From an uncultured Gammaproteobacteria bacterium (GTDB lineage Bacteria > Patescibacteriota > Patescibacteriia > Magasanikbacterales > GWA2-37-8), in contig CAZQUL010000001.1 of NCBI GenBank assembly GCA_964596525.1, positions 806,509-870,508 on the forward strand: a stretch of DNA of 64,000 nucleotides. The letters run 5' to 3'. Shown here piece after piece: positions 47,305 through 56,014 of the stretch (position 1 is the first letter of the stretch; every line of letters starts with the position of its first letter). Both the position numbers and the translations under genes were made by a program. The notes under the pieces are model-generated. The model was not told where the DNA came from, made no database searches, and saw nothing but the letters and a program-made list of their open reading frames with translations.

Positions 47305-48324
47305 ATGCCTAATGCTCCCATTTTTGAGAAAAAGAACGTTTTGGTGACCGGTGGTGCGGGTTTCATTGGTTCTCATTTGTGCGAACGTCTTTTGCGCGAG
47401 GCCAAAGTGATCTGTGTCGATGATTTTTCCAACTCCCAGCCCCAAAATATCAACCATCTCCTGCAGTATCCGGATTTTGAGTTCGTAAACGCCGATGTTG
47501 ACAAGCCGCTTGATCTGGACCTTCATCCGGAACTTGATAAATTCAAGATCAAATTTCAAGGTGTACAAGAGATCTATCATCTGGCTTGCCCTACGAGCCC
47601 GCTCGATTTTGAACGCCTCAAGATGAAATCGCTCTGGGCCAATTCTTCGGCCATGATTAATACGCTTGATTTGGCGGCTAAATACCGCGCTAGTTACGTG
47701 TTCGCTTCAAGTTCGGTAGTGTATGGTCCGGCGCTCGACGATTCCACTCGTTTCCGTGAGTCAGACCATGGCATTGTTGACCAGCTTTCGGCCCGCGCCT
47801 GCTATGATGAAGGTAAACGTTTCGCCGAGACGTGTGTGGAAACATACCGTCAGGTGTATGGTCTTAACACCAAAATCGCGCGCGTTTTCACTACGTACGG
47901 TCCACGCATGCGCCTTTACCACGGTAATCTCATCATCGATTGGATCACCAATGCGCTTGATCACAAAGAGATCGTGGTTCATCAAGATGATGGTATTACG
48001 AGCACGTTATGCTTCGTTTCCGACATCGTTGATGGTCTTTTGCGCCTTATGGCTTCGCACGAAGACGTGCGTGTCGCCAACCTGGGCAGCGACCAAATGA
48101 TCGACATGCTCGAAGTGGCCAAGCGCATCGTTAGCATGACCGAATCCAATTCTTCGGTTGTAATGGGTCCGCCGACTGCCGAAACCGGTATGCGCAAGGG
48201 TGCACCCGATCTTTCTTTCACCAAGGAGCGTCTCGGGTGGTTCCCGCTTGTTCCGCTCAAAGACGGGTTGCGCAAAACAGTGGATTATGTTATTGCCAAT
48301 AAAGCAGCGGCCAATTTCCGCTAG
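47305..48324 (+). CDS. UDP-glucuronate decarboxylase-like NAD-dependent epimerase/dehydratase
   Basis: VTGGAGFIGSHLC, YHLACP.SP, RACYDEGKR, TYGPRM. Confidence 0.9.
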   Translation: MPNAPIFEKKNVLVTGGAGFIGSHLCERLLREAKVICVDDFSNSQPQNINHLLQYPDFEFVNADVDKPLDLDLHPELDKFKIKFQGVQEIYHLACPTSPLDFERLKMKSLWANSSAMINTLDLAAKYRASYVFASSSVVYGPALDDSTRFRESDHGIVDQLSARACYDEGKRFAETCVETYRQVYGLNTKIARVFTTYGPRMRLYHGNLIIDWITNALDHKEIVVHQDDGITSTLCFVSDIVDGLLRLMASHEDVRVANLGSDQMIDMLEVAKRIVSMTESNSSVVMGPPTAETGMRKGAPDLSFTKERLGWFPLVPLKDGLRKTVDYVIANKAAANFR

Positions 48325-48338
48325 AATATAAGTAATTT

Positions 48339-49013
48339 ATGGGGTCCTACCCGGTCATCATCATTGTTCCAGCGTTCAATGAAGAACGCCATGTCCGTCG
48401 CGTGGTGAGCGGTCTTAAGCTCGCCGGTTTTGACGATGTGGTGGTAGTGGATGATGGCTCGCACGACCGGACAGCCTACGAGGCGCGCTTAGCTGGAGCG
48501 GTCGTTATCCGCCATGTCATCAACCGTGGACAAGGCGCTGCGCTCGAAACTGGTAACGAATACGCGCGGGCACGCGGTGCGGCCTGGGTAGCACATATCG
48601 ACGGCGACGATCAGTTCAATCCGGCCGACATCGTATCGGCCTTGGAGCGCGCTCGCAAAGAACAAGCAGATGTTATCATCGGTTCTCGTTTTCTGGATGA
48701 TCGCACTAAGCTTCCTTTCACCAAAAAGCATATCGTCTTTCCTGTTGCTCGGCTCATCAATACGCTGCTTACCGGTGTAAAGCTTACGGACGTGCATAAT
48801 GGCTTTCGGCTGTTTTCTCGCCGGGCACTTTCTACGATCAGTCTCAAACACGACGGCATGGCGCACAATACCGAATTCATTGCCCAGATCAAACGTCATG
48901 GCCTTGCTTTTGTCGAGCATCCGGTCGAAGTCCGTTATCACGAATACGGCCAAGGTTGGCGCGCCGGGTGGCGCATTCTCAAAGATTGGTGTGTTGGCTG
49001 GTTCGTAAGCTAA
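48339..49013 (+). CDS. GT2 glycosyltransferase (DPM1-like)
   Basis: VPAFNE, VVDDGS.D.T, NRGQGAAL, DGDDQ, GSRF. Confidence 0.93.
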   Translation: MGSYPVIIIVPAFNEERHVRRVVSGLKLAGFDDVVVVDDGSHDRTAYEARLAGAVVIRHVINRGQGAALETGNEYARARGAAWVAHIDGDDQFNPADIVSALERARKEQADVIIGSRFLDDRTKLPFTKKHIVFPVARLINTLLTGVKLTDVHNGFRLFSRRALSTISLKHDGMAHNTEFIAQIKRHGLAFVEHPVEVRYHEYGQGWRAGWRILKDWCVGWFVS

Positions 49014-49019
49014 TCACGT

Positions 49020-49409
49020 ATGTCCGGCATTCAAATTCTTCTTCTCACCTTGGCTATCGGCGCATGGTGGGGCGTGTGGAAAAAATACCGTAGCTCAGCC
49101 ATTAGCAGAAGTGCATTCGCCGCTTGGTCATGTGTGTGGATTGCGGTTAGTATTGTTGTCATTCGGCCCACGCTTACATCACGGGTAGCTCTTTTTCTCG
49201 GTGTCGGCCGCGGTGCAGACGTAGTGGTGTATGCTGCGCTTGCCTTGATTTTTATTTTTTTATTTCGCTTCTCCATCGCGCTCGAAGAAATGCGGCGAGA
49301 AATTACAGCTCTGGTGAGAATCATGGCTTTGTCTTCTGCCGCTCCTGCGCAGGCATATGATAAGGATCCTGCTCGATCATCGAAACAACCACCTCAGCAG
49401 TCTGTATGA
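49020..49409 (+). CDS. DUF2304-like membrane protein
   Basis: W...W.....P......A..LGVGRGAD...Y...IT.LVR; usual partner of DPM1-like GT2. Confidence 0.8.
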   Translation: MSGIQILLLTLAIGAWWGVWKKYRSSAISRSAFAAWSCVWIAVSIVVIRPTLTSRVALFLGVGRGADVVVYAALALIFIFLFRFSIALEEMRREITALVRIMALSSAAPAQAYDKDPARSSKQPPQQSV

Positions 49410-50551
49410 AATTGGCGCACGTAACAGTTAATTTTCCACCGCACATCGGCGGTATAGGCGAGGTATGCTTCGGAGAGGCGCACGGACTTTCGGAACGCGG
49501 CCACGATGTGACCGTGTTTTCGTTACGACATGGTCCGGAAAGCCGCTCTACCACGCCTTTATCGCAGGTTAAAACCGTTTTTTTATCACCCCTTCTGCAC
49601 GGGGGTGATGCCGGTCTCGTTCCGCAACTCCTCAGCGCGCTTAAAGGTTTCGATTTAGTCCACTTGCATTATCCCTTTTATGGCGGCGCGGAGTGGGTGT
49701 ATGCGCGGAGTTTGTTTGCGAATAGCCCTTATATCGTCACGTACCACATGGATGCGCAGCCGCCGCTTGCCTGGAAACGTTCGGTACAGCGTTGGTATGA
49801 TCGTTTTTTGTCACCACGCATCATGAACCGGGCCGAGCGGGTGATAGCAGTTGATAGTAAATTTTTTGCCACTACGGATTTAGGAAAGTGTATTTCTCCA
49901 GATAAAGTAGTAGAGCTTGCCAATGCCATCGATGTAGACACGTTTTATCCGCGTGCACCTGACTGGGGGATGGTAGATCTTGAAGGGTGGGAAAACAAGA
50001 AAATCCTCTTGTTCGTAGGCAACCTCCTCGCCATCAAGCGTGTTGATTTGATTATTTCCGCTCTGCCAGGCCTGCCTCCGGATGTGGTGCTTGCTGTTGT
50101 TGGAGGTGGTGTGGCCCAGGCGCAGTACGAAGCCTTGGCGCAGCGTTTAGGGGTAGAGGATCGCGTGCGGTTCGTGGGGCCTTGCTTCAATCAAAAAAAA
50201 ATATCGTATTATTATAGTTTGGCGCATGCAGTCGTGGTGCCGTCGGACTACGAATCGTTTTCGTTGGTGACTGTTGAGGCGCAGGCTACGGGAGCAGTGG
50301 TAGTGGCGAGTGCAATTCCGAGCATTACGCACAAGATTTCACCGGGCATCGATGGTTTTTTGTTTGCTCCCGGGTCGGTAGAAAGTTTGCAAGAAGAACT
50401 ACGCAAAGCGCTTAGCCTTAGCCGTGACGAACGTCGCTCTTTTGCGCAACGTGCTCGCGGGCGTGTTGTGGAACGCTATGGCCTTGCGTATCATCTGGAT
50501 GAGCTGGAGCGTGTTTACGGTGAGGTGCTAGCCGAGATGCGCAACCGCTAA
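49406..50551 (+). CDS. GT4 glycosyltransferase
   Basis: PPHIGGI, LFVG.L...KR, PSDYESFSLV.VEA.A.G. Confidence 0.93.
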   Translation: MKLAHVTVNFPPHIGGIGEVCFGEAHGLSERGHDVTVFSLRHGPESRSTTPLSQVKTVFLSPLLHGGDAGLVPQLLSALKGFDLVHLHYPFYGGAEWVYARSLFANSPYIVTYHMDAQPPLAWKRSVQRWYDRFLSPRIMNRAERVIAVDSKFFATTDLGKCISPDKVVELANAIDVDTFYPRAPDWGMVDLEGWENKKILLFVGNLLAIKRVDLIISALPGLPPDVVLAVVGGGVAQAQYEALAQRLGVEDRVRFVGPCFNQKKISYYYSLAHAVVVPSDYESFSLVTVEAQATGAVVVASAIPSITHKISPGIDGFLFAPGSVESLQEELRKALSLSRDERRSFAQRARGRVVERYGLAYHLDELERVYGEVLAEMRNR

Positions 50552-50560
50552 TCTTTGCAT

Positions 50561-51382
50561 ATGTCGTTTGATTATCAAAAAAATATTTGGGGCAGGGGGA
50601 TGGCGCGCCGTTCGTGGAGTTCGCCGACGAGCATCCGTTTGCGCCAAGCCGAAATGGCCCTTAAAGGACTCAAACCGGGCGCGCGCGTGCTCGAAGTGGG
50701 GTGTGGCGCCGGACAATTCATTCGTGCCATCAAGCACTATCACCCAGAACTTGCTTGCACCGGCACCGATATCAGCCGCGAGGCTATTGCGCTCGCCCGC
50801 CAGACGTACGACGGGGTGGCGTACGAAGTATCAGAACCGTACACATTACCTTTTGATAACGAGCGGTTCGAAGCTGTGCTTATCTTCGATGTTTTAGAGC
50901 ATGTTGATGATCCGCTGCGTTTCATGCAAGAAGTCAGCCGCGTTCTCGTCCCGGGCGGTACACTTTATGCTTTTGTGCCGTGCGAGGGTGATTCATTGTC
51001 TTTGTGGCATTATCTAACCAAACTACGCATAACACCTCGGCTTACAGAGCAGTATGCCGGGCATATCCAAGCCTTTAGCCGCACGTCACTTGCACAGCTT
51101 ATGAACGAGGCTGGTTTCCAAAAAAAACACGCGCGCTACAGCGAGCACTTACTTGGTCAGATTATCGGCGTCGTGTCATTTATCGCCACCGATCGCGCGG
51201 CCAAGGCCCGGGCAGCACAACATATCAATAACGAAGAGTATTTTTTGACGAGTAAACTACAGCAACGGTCACCGGTCGTTGTTCTTAAGCAGTTCATCAA
51301 TACCCTTATTTTTTACGAGTCATTCTTTTTGCAGTGGATTCCGTCGCCGAACGTACATGTGGTGTATACTAAAACGAAGTAG
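50561..51382 (+). CDS. Class I SAM-dependent methyltransferase
   Basis: VLEVGCGAG, LPF....F, DVLEHVDDP, RVLVPGG. Confidence 0.92.
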   Translation: MSFDYQKNIWGRGMARRSWSSPTSIRLRQAEMALKGLKPGARVLEVGCGAGQFIRAIKHYHPELACTGTDISREAIALARQTYDGVAYEVSEPYTLPFDNERFEAVLIFDVLEHVDDPLRFMQEVSRVLVPGGTLYAFVPCEGDSLSLWHYLTKLRITPRLTEQYAGHIQAFSRTSLAQLMNEAGFQKKHARYSEHLLGQIIGVVSFIATDRAAKARAAQHINNEEYFLTSKLQQRSPVVVLKQFINTLIFYESFFLQWIPSPNVHVVYTKTK

Positions 51383-51436
51383 TCAGCTCATAGTTGAGAA
51401 CGACTTAATAGAATACTAATGCTAGTCCATCTTTGT

Positions 51437-53314
51437 ATGCCCAAACCATCTTCTGCGCGTGTTGTCGATCTGGCGCGTCTCGTGCGTTATTTCATTCTTA
51501 CTTCTACTACCCAGGCCGGCAGCGGGCACCCCTCATCGTCGCTCTCTGCTACAGATCTCATGACCACACTCATGTTTGGTGGCTTCTTTAGAGCAGATCT
51601 CGAGCGGCCTGACGCCATTCATAACGATCGATTGATTTTTTCCAAAGGCCACGCAGCGCCGCTTTTGTATGCGCTCTATGCCGCTGCCGGCAAAGTTTCT
51701 TCCCAGGAATTGTCTAGATTGCGTGTTTTTGGCAGCCCGCTCGAAGGTCATCCGACGCTCGCGTTTCCCTATACCGAAGCGGCCACCGGTTCGCTGGGGC
51801 AGGGATTGTCCGTGGGCGTAGGCATGGCTCTTAATGCCACTATGGAAAAATTGACGTATCGTACCTACGTGCTGCTTGGTGATAGCGAAATGGCCGAAGG
51901 TTCCGTATGGGAAGCTATGGCTGCGGCCAGTCACTACCAGCTCAGTAATCTTATCGCGGTCCTCGATGTTAACCGCCTCGGACAGCGCGGCGAGACCATG
52001 TATGGCCACCACGTTGAAGTGTATGCAGAGCGCGCTAAAGCGTTTGGTTGGGAATCAATGGTAATCGACGGCCACAATCTCGAAGAAATCGATCGGGCTT
52101 TTACGGCGGCGCAAACATCGAGCAAACCGTTCATGATTGTGGCTAGGACCCTCAAGGGCAAAGGCGTTTCATTTATTGAAAATCAAGAAGGTTGGCATGG
52201 TCGCGCGCTTAAATCCGAAGAATTGGAACGGGCATTGACAGAGATCGGGGATGTTGATGGCAGCCTTCGTGGTATCGTTGCGAGAAGCGGCGAAGAAGTG
52301 GTGAAACAATCTCCAAAATCGCGTACCAAGCTCAGCTCTGGAAACGAAGGGGTCACTTCGCTGTCGCTCGTAATGATAGACTTTAAAAATGAAAAAATTT
52401 CTACCCGTAAAGCGTATGGCATGGCGCTCGTAAATATTGGTGCCAAAAATGATAAGGTGGTCGCCTTGGATGCGGAAACGAGCAATTCGACGTTTGCTGA
52501 ACTGTTCAAAAAAGCGTTCCCCGAACGCTTCGTTGAGATGTTCATTGCCGAACAGAACATGGTCGGCACAGCACTGGGACTCTCGCGGCGCGGAAAAATC
52601 CCATTCGTCTCGACGTTCGCGGCGTTTTTCAGCCGGGCGTTCGACCAGATTCGTATGAGCCAGTACTCGGCTGCGAACATCAAGTTTGTCGGCTCTCATG
52701 CCGGCGTATCCATCGGCGAAGACGGTGCTTCGCAGATGGGGCTCGAAGATATTGCCCTGTTTAGAACCCTCCACGATTCCGTGGTTTTGTACCCGAGCGA
52801 CGCGGTTTCCACCGGGGCGTTGGTGAATCTCGCGGCCGAGCATATCGGCAACGTGTATATCCGCACGACGCGCAAAGACCTGCCGGTTTTGTATAGCGCT
52901 AAAGAAAAGTTTAAAATCGGTGGTAGTAAAGTCCTTCGTGCAAGCGGTAAAGATAAAGCAACTATCATCGGCGCAGGCATTACGCTTCACGAAGCGCTGA
53001 CTGCTCATGAAGTACTCGCTAAAAAAGGGATAGCGGTGCGAATTATTGATCTCTACAGCATTAAACCTGTCGACACAAAAACTCTTGCTCGGGCGCTTGA
53101 AGAAACCAAGGGTATTATCGTGGTCGAAGACCATTATCCCGAAGGCGGCATTGCGGAAGCTGTTCGGAGCGCGTTTCCGGAGCATAAAAAACCAATTATT
53201 TCGCTTGCTATCGGTAAATTGCCGCGTAGTGGAAAACCGGAAGAACTTTTGGCATACGAAGCGATCGATGCGAAGGCGATCGTGAAAGCGGTACAAAAAA
53301 TTCTTAAAGCATAA
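51437..53314 (+). CDS. tkt: Transketolase (single-chain, mammalian-like type)
   Basis: SGHPSSSLS, SKGHAAP, GDSEMAEGSVWEA, IAEQNM, SHAGVSIGEDGASQMGLED. Confidence 0.96.
   Translation: MPKPSSARVVDLARLVRYFILTSTTQAGSGHPSSSLSATDLMTTLMFGGFFRADLERPDAIHNDRLIFSKGHAAPLLYALYAAAGKVSSQELSRLRVFGSPLEGHPTLAFPYTEAATGSLGQGLSVGVGMALNATMEKLTYRTYVLLGDSEMAEGSVWEAMAAASHYQLSNLIAVLDVNRLGQRGETMYGHHVEVYAERAKAFGWESMVIDGHNLEEIDRAFTAAQTSSKPFMIVARTLKGKGVSFIENQEGWHGRALKSEELERALTEIGDVDGSLRGIVARSGEEVVKQSPKSRTKLSSGNEGVTSLSLVMIDFKNEKISTRKAYGMALVNIGAKNDKVVALDAETSNSTFAELFKKAFPERFVEMFIAEQNMVGTALGLSRRGKIPFVSTFAAFFSRAFDQIRMSQYSAANIKFVGSHAGVSIGEDGASQMGLEDIALFRTLHDSVVLYPSDAVSTGALVNLAAEHIGNVYIRTTRKDLPVLYSAKEKFKIGGSKVLRASGKDKATIIGAGITLHEALTAHEVLAKKGIAVRIIDLYSIKPVDTKTLARALEETKGIIVVEDHYPEGGIAEAVRSAFPEHKKPIISLAIGKLPRSGKPEELLAYEAIDAKAIVKAVQKILKA
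52273..52378. repeat. Degenerate palindromic element inside the tkt coding sequence
   Basis: TATCGTTGCGAG..GCGGCGAAG..AAACAATCTC...GTCACTTCGCTGTCGCTCGTAATGATA resembles 15788-15882. Confidence 0.7.
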
Positions 53315-53350
53315 AGCGACGCAGGTGCGTCGCTTGGTATCTTTTTTCAT

Positions 53351-54466
53351 TCAGCTTTTGGACGTGATTTGGCGCAGTTCGCGCTTGACGGCCAGGTTGG
53401 GCTTAAGCTGGGCGAGCTTCTTAGAAATCGTTTTGGCTGCTTCTGCGGCCTGGTCGGTGCGCGCTTGATCGATTTTTTCGATCTCCGCGTCGATGTTCTC
53501 GACGAGCTCTTGGTTCTTGAGGTTCTCGGCCTCTTTCTTGAGCCTGAGAAGCGTCCGATATTCCGCGGCGTAGTCGTCCTGCGGACCGATGCTCGCGAAT
53601 CGGCGACGGAGGTTTCTGGTCCACTGTACGGGCTGGAGCGGGGTGGTAAGCACAAGCTTTATGCCCCACAAGGCGTAGGCGGTCAGGTAGCCCGGCAGCC
53701 AGAGTAGATACAGGAGCCAGCCGCCGAGGGATTGGGGTATTTGGCGGAAAGGATCAGACTGTGGATCAAAGCCTGGTTCGATTAGCCTTTTTCTCGAATC
53801 GTAATCCCAACGTTCGACTAGTCCAATGCGACCGATACCAAAATATCCTGCCGCACAACCGAGCGAGAAGAGTGTCCAGAGCAGCCAGTTCCACCAGGGA
53901 GGGATGGGAAGGTAGGGGGCAGGCTCGGGCGGTAATGAAGTAATAGTTGCGACTGATTTGTACTCCTCGGGTATTTCTTGGGAAGGGAGCGGAGTGACAT
54001 ATTCTTGTACGCCATTAAGCAATTGCCTTAGGCGTTCTGAGTTGTCGAGAGCTTTGAGCGGTTTGGCATGCTCGCAGCTTCTTCTGGTTCCGCTTTGTGA
54101 ACAGTGCAGGTATTTTTCCGACACCTTTTTAATGCTTGGCTCCTGATAGATTGAGTCAAGCGGCCAGTGGCGCACGGCGATAATCTTGGTGCTCAAGTTA
54201 TAGGTATCGGCATCACCAGGCCACTCGCGGTAGTTCGGGTCTGTCAAGCTTTTTTCAAAGTGGTGCTGCAGGACGGTTTTTTCCATGTTTTGCCGCCATG
54301 CTTGGTATGCCTCCCACACCTCTTTTTTCTCTTCCCAAGCGTCGTGTGCGGGATTGTTTAGGTATACCTTTTTGGTGATGACTGAACCCGCCCCCACCAT
54401 CATTAGTCCGCATACGAGGCCGCAGAGCGTGTTTTTCCAATACTTCGCACGTCCAATTGTGGGCAT
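53351..54466 (-). CDS. Hypothetical membrane protein with C-terminal coiled coil (orphan)
   Basis: ATG 54466 after CAGGAGG SD; TM segments; charged helical tail. Confidence 0.78.
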   Translation of the reverse strand: MPTIGRAKYWKNTLCGLVCGLMMVGAGSVITKKVYLNNPAHDAWEEKKEVWEAYQAWRQNMEKTVLQHHFEKSLTDPNYREWPGDADTYNLSTKIIAVRHWPLDSIYQEPSIKKVSEKYLHCSQSGTRRSCEHAKPLKALDNSERLRQLLNGVQEYVTPLPSQEIPEEYKSVATITSLPPEPAPYLPIPPWWNWLLWTLFSLGCAAGYFGIGRIGLVERWDYDSRKRLIEPGFDPQSDPFRQIPQSLGGWLLYLLWLPGYLTAYALWGIKLVLTTPLQPVQWTRNLRRRFASIGPQDDYAAEYRTLLRLKKEAENLKNQELVENIDAEIEKIDQARTDQAAEAAKTISKKLAQLKPNLAVKRELRQITSKS

Positions 54467-54521
54467 GAAAGCCTCCTGTAGATTAAAAGGAACGACTGTT
54501 CCTCGGTTAGGGGAACAGTCA

Positions 54522-54550
54522 ACCGTACTCTTTATGCTCAAGAAAGTCAA
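54522..54550 (-). promoter_or_regulatory. Sigma70-type promoter overlapping or adjoining a leader hairpin
   Basis: TTGACT-N17-TACGGT, then GACTGTTCC/GGAACAGTC hairpin at 54494-54520. Confidence 0.5.
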
Positions 54551-54741
54551 TAAAAGCGATACGGCTAGGTATCGCTCTGATGATTTAGCGAGGAATAACG
54601 TTGTGTTCGCAGCATCCCTGTGGTCCGCACCAGAAATCGGCGGCGCAAGTTACGGTGGCTGTGCAGGCGAGCTTCTGGCAATGGCCGATAAACCGGAGGC
54701 CGTGGCGCGCGTTTGATGAGGCAGCCCGACCAATTCCACAT

Positions 54742-55068
54742 TTAACCCAAGGCAGAGTATTTTTCCATCTCTTTTTTGAACTCATCTACCGCTTTGTCAA
54801 AAAGCTGGTAGCCTTGGTTTGTGGCCTTTGTGTAAGCGGTGGCATCGGTGCCGTAAAAAATGTCCCCATTGCGCCGGCTTCCGCAACTGTGCACCGAGGC
54901 CATGAAACCCTTGCCGTGGAAACCCCGGACGTGATGGATGTCGAGGGTGAACGTGTCGTCCCGCTTTACTGCGGAATCCGCGGCATGGATAACATTGAAG
55001 TTGATCGTCGCCATTTCCGTGGAATGTGTTTCATCGCGCCAGACCCCTTCATTGCCGAAAAGTGCCAT
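54742..55068 (-). CDS. Hypothetical protein (orphan, 108 aa)
   Basis: AGGAGG SD and own promoter. Confidence 0.65.
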   Translation of the reverse strand: MALFGNEGVWRDETHSTEMATINFNVIHAADSAVKRDDTFTLDIHHVRGFHGKGFMASVHSCGSRRNGDIFYGTDATAYTKATNQGYQLFDKAVDEFKKEMEKYSALG

Positions 55069-55115
55069 CGTCTTCCTCCTTGACCGTCATCCGGCCGTTA
55101 ACGAACTGACAGGTA

Positions 55116-55144
55116 AGTATATGTATTTTCTCGGAACTTGTCAA
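55116..55144 (-). promoter_or_regulatory. Sigma70-type promoter
   Basis: TTGACA-N17-TATACT. Confidence 0.75.
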
Positions 55145-55246
55145 CTTTAAAGACATATCTATTTACACAGGAAAGGGTGTTTATGCGAAAAAATTCTGAG
55201 CCTGCACAAAAAACAAACAACCTCGGTTAAGAGGCTGCTTGTTTTG

Positions 55247-55317
55247 TTCCGAGACTAGGATTCGAACCTAGATAACAAGATTCAGAGTCTTGTGTCCTAC
55301 CATTAGACGATCTCGGA
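55247..55317 (-). tRNA. tRNA-Gln(CTG)
   Basis: TCCGAGA/TCTCGGA acceptor, CAAGA-CTCTGAA-TCTTG anticodon arm, CTAGG-TTCGAAT-CCTAG T-arm. Confidence 0.95.
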
Positions 55318-55336
55318 TTGTAAGCTGTAAGGCAGC

Positions 55337-56011
55337 TTATTTTTTGGCGGTAAAGAGCACAGTCGGCGGACCGTCGGCTTTGCGCCGTGTGTGGTCGAAA
55401 TCATGTAAACTGTCCATGATTGTAGCATACGAATACCGATAGTCAAGCCCTTTTTCCAGTGCCGAATCATTGACGATAAACTCCTCTTTTTCGTCGTCAA
55501 AACCCACTAGCACCATGACATGAAAGTACGATCCGCCCTGGCGCCAACGGTGCTGAGGATTGTTAAGAGTATAGCCGTAATGGAAACCGATTACTGGCCG
55601 ACCGGCAGCGAGCTCTTCTTTGATATCTTCAATGGTAGGATTGCGGACGATGGTCGCGGAAAACGAGGTGTTGGCGGCGATGATTTCTTGCGTTCGCTCG
55701 GCATTGGAGTCGGCATTACCACCGTAACGCGCGTCTTGCCAGGCAAAAAGCTGGCGCATGAGCGCTTTAGCTTTTACTTTGGTGAGTTCCTCTTCGCCTT
55801 TGTACCAGGCGTCCACCATGGTGACGGCTGCTTCTTCGCATGCGTTGTTCCATGGCGCTACCCACTGACCGTCCGGAACTTCGGGTGTAAACGGCACCTC
55901 GAGGTTGGCGGACGTCGTGGTTGGGGTGGGGGAAGAGAGGTGGACCTCGAAGGGGATAAAACCGGCCTGGGCAGCCAGAAGGAGCCCAATCGCGGAAAGA
56001 ATAGAAGGCAT
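55337..56011 (-). CDS. C39-like cysteine peptidase family protein, exported
   Basis: VPFT, ACEEAA..M (Cys), GRPVI, FHVMVLVGFD (His), IVND. Confidence 0.85.
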   Translation of the reverse strand: MPSILSAIGLLLAAQAGFIPFEVHLSSPTPTTTSANLEVPFTPEVPDGQWVAPWNNACEEAAVTMVDAWYKGEEELTKVKAKALMRQLFAWQDARYGGNADSNAERTQEIIAANTSFSATIVRNPTIEDIKEELAAGRPVIGFHYGYTLNNPQHRWRQGGSYFHVMVLVGFDDEKEEFIVNDSALEKGLDYRYSYATIMDSLHDFDHTRRKADGPPTVLFTAKK

Positions 56012-56014
56012 AGA

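Noticed and set aside
53351-55317. Genomic island integrated at tRNA-Gln
   Set aside because: Orphans lie 3' of the tRNA, but I found no duplicated tRNA 3' end and no integrase.
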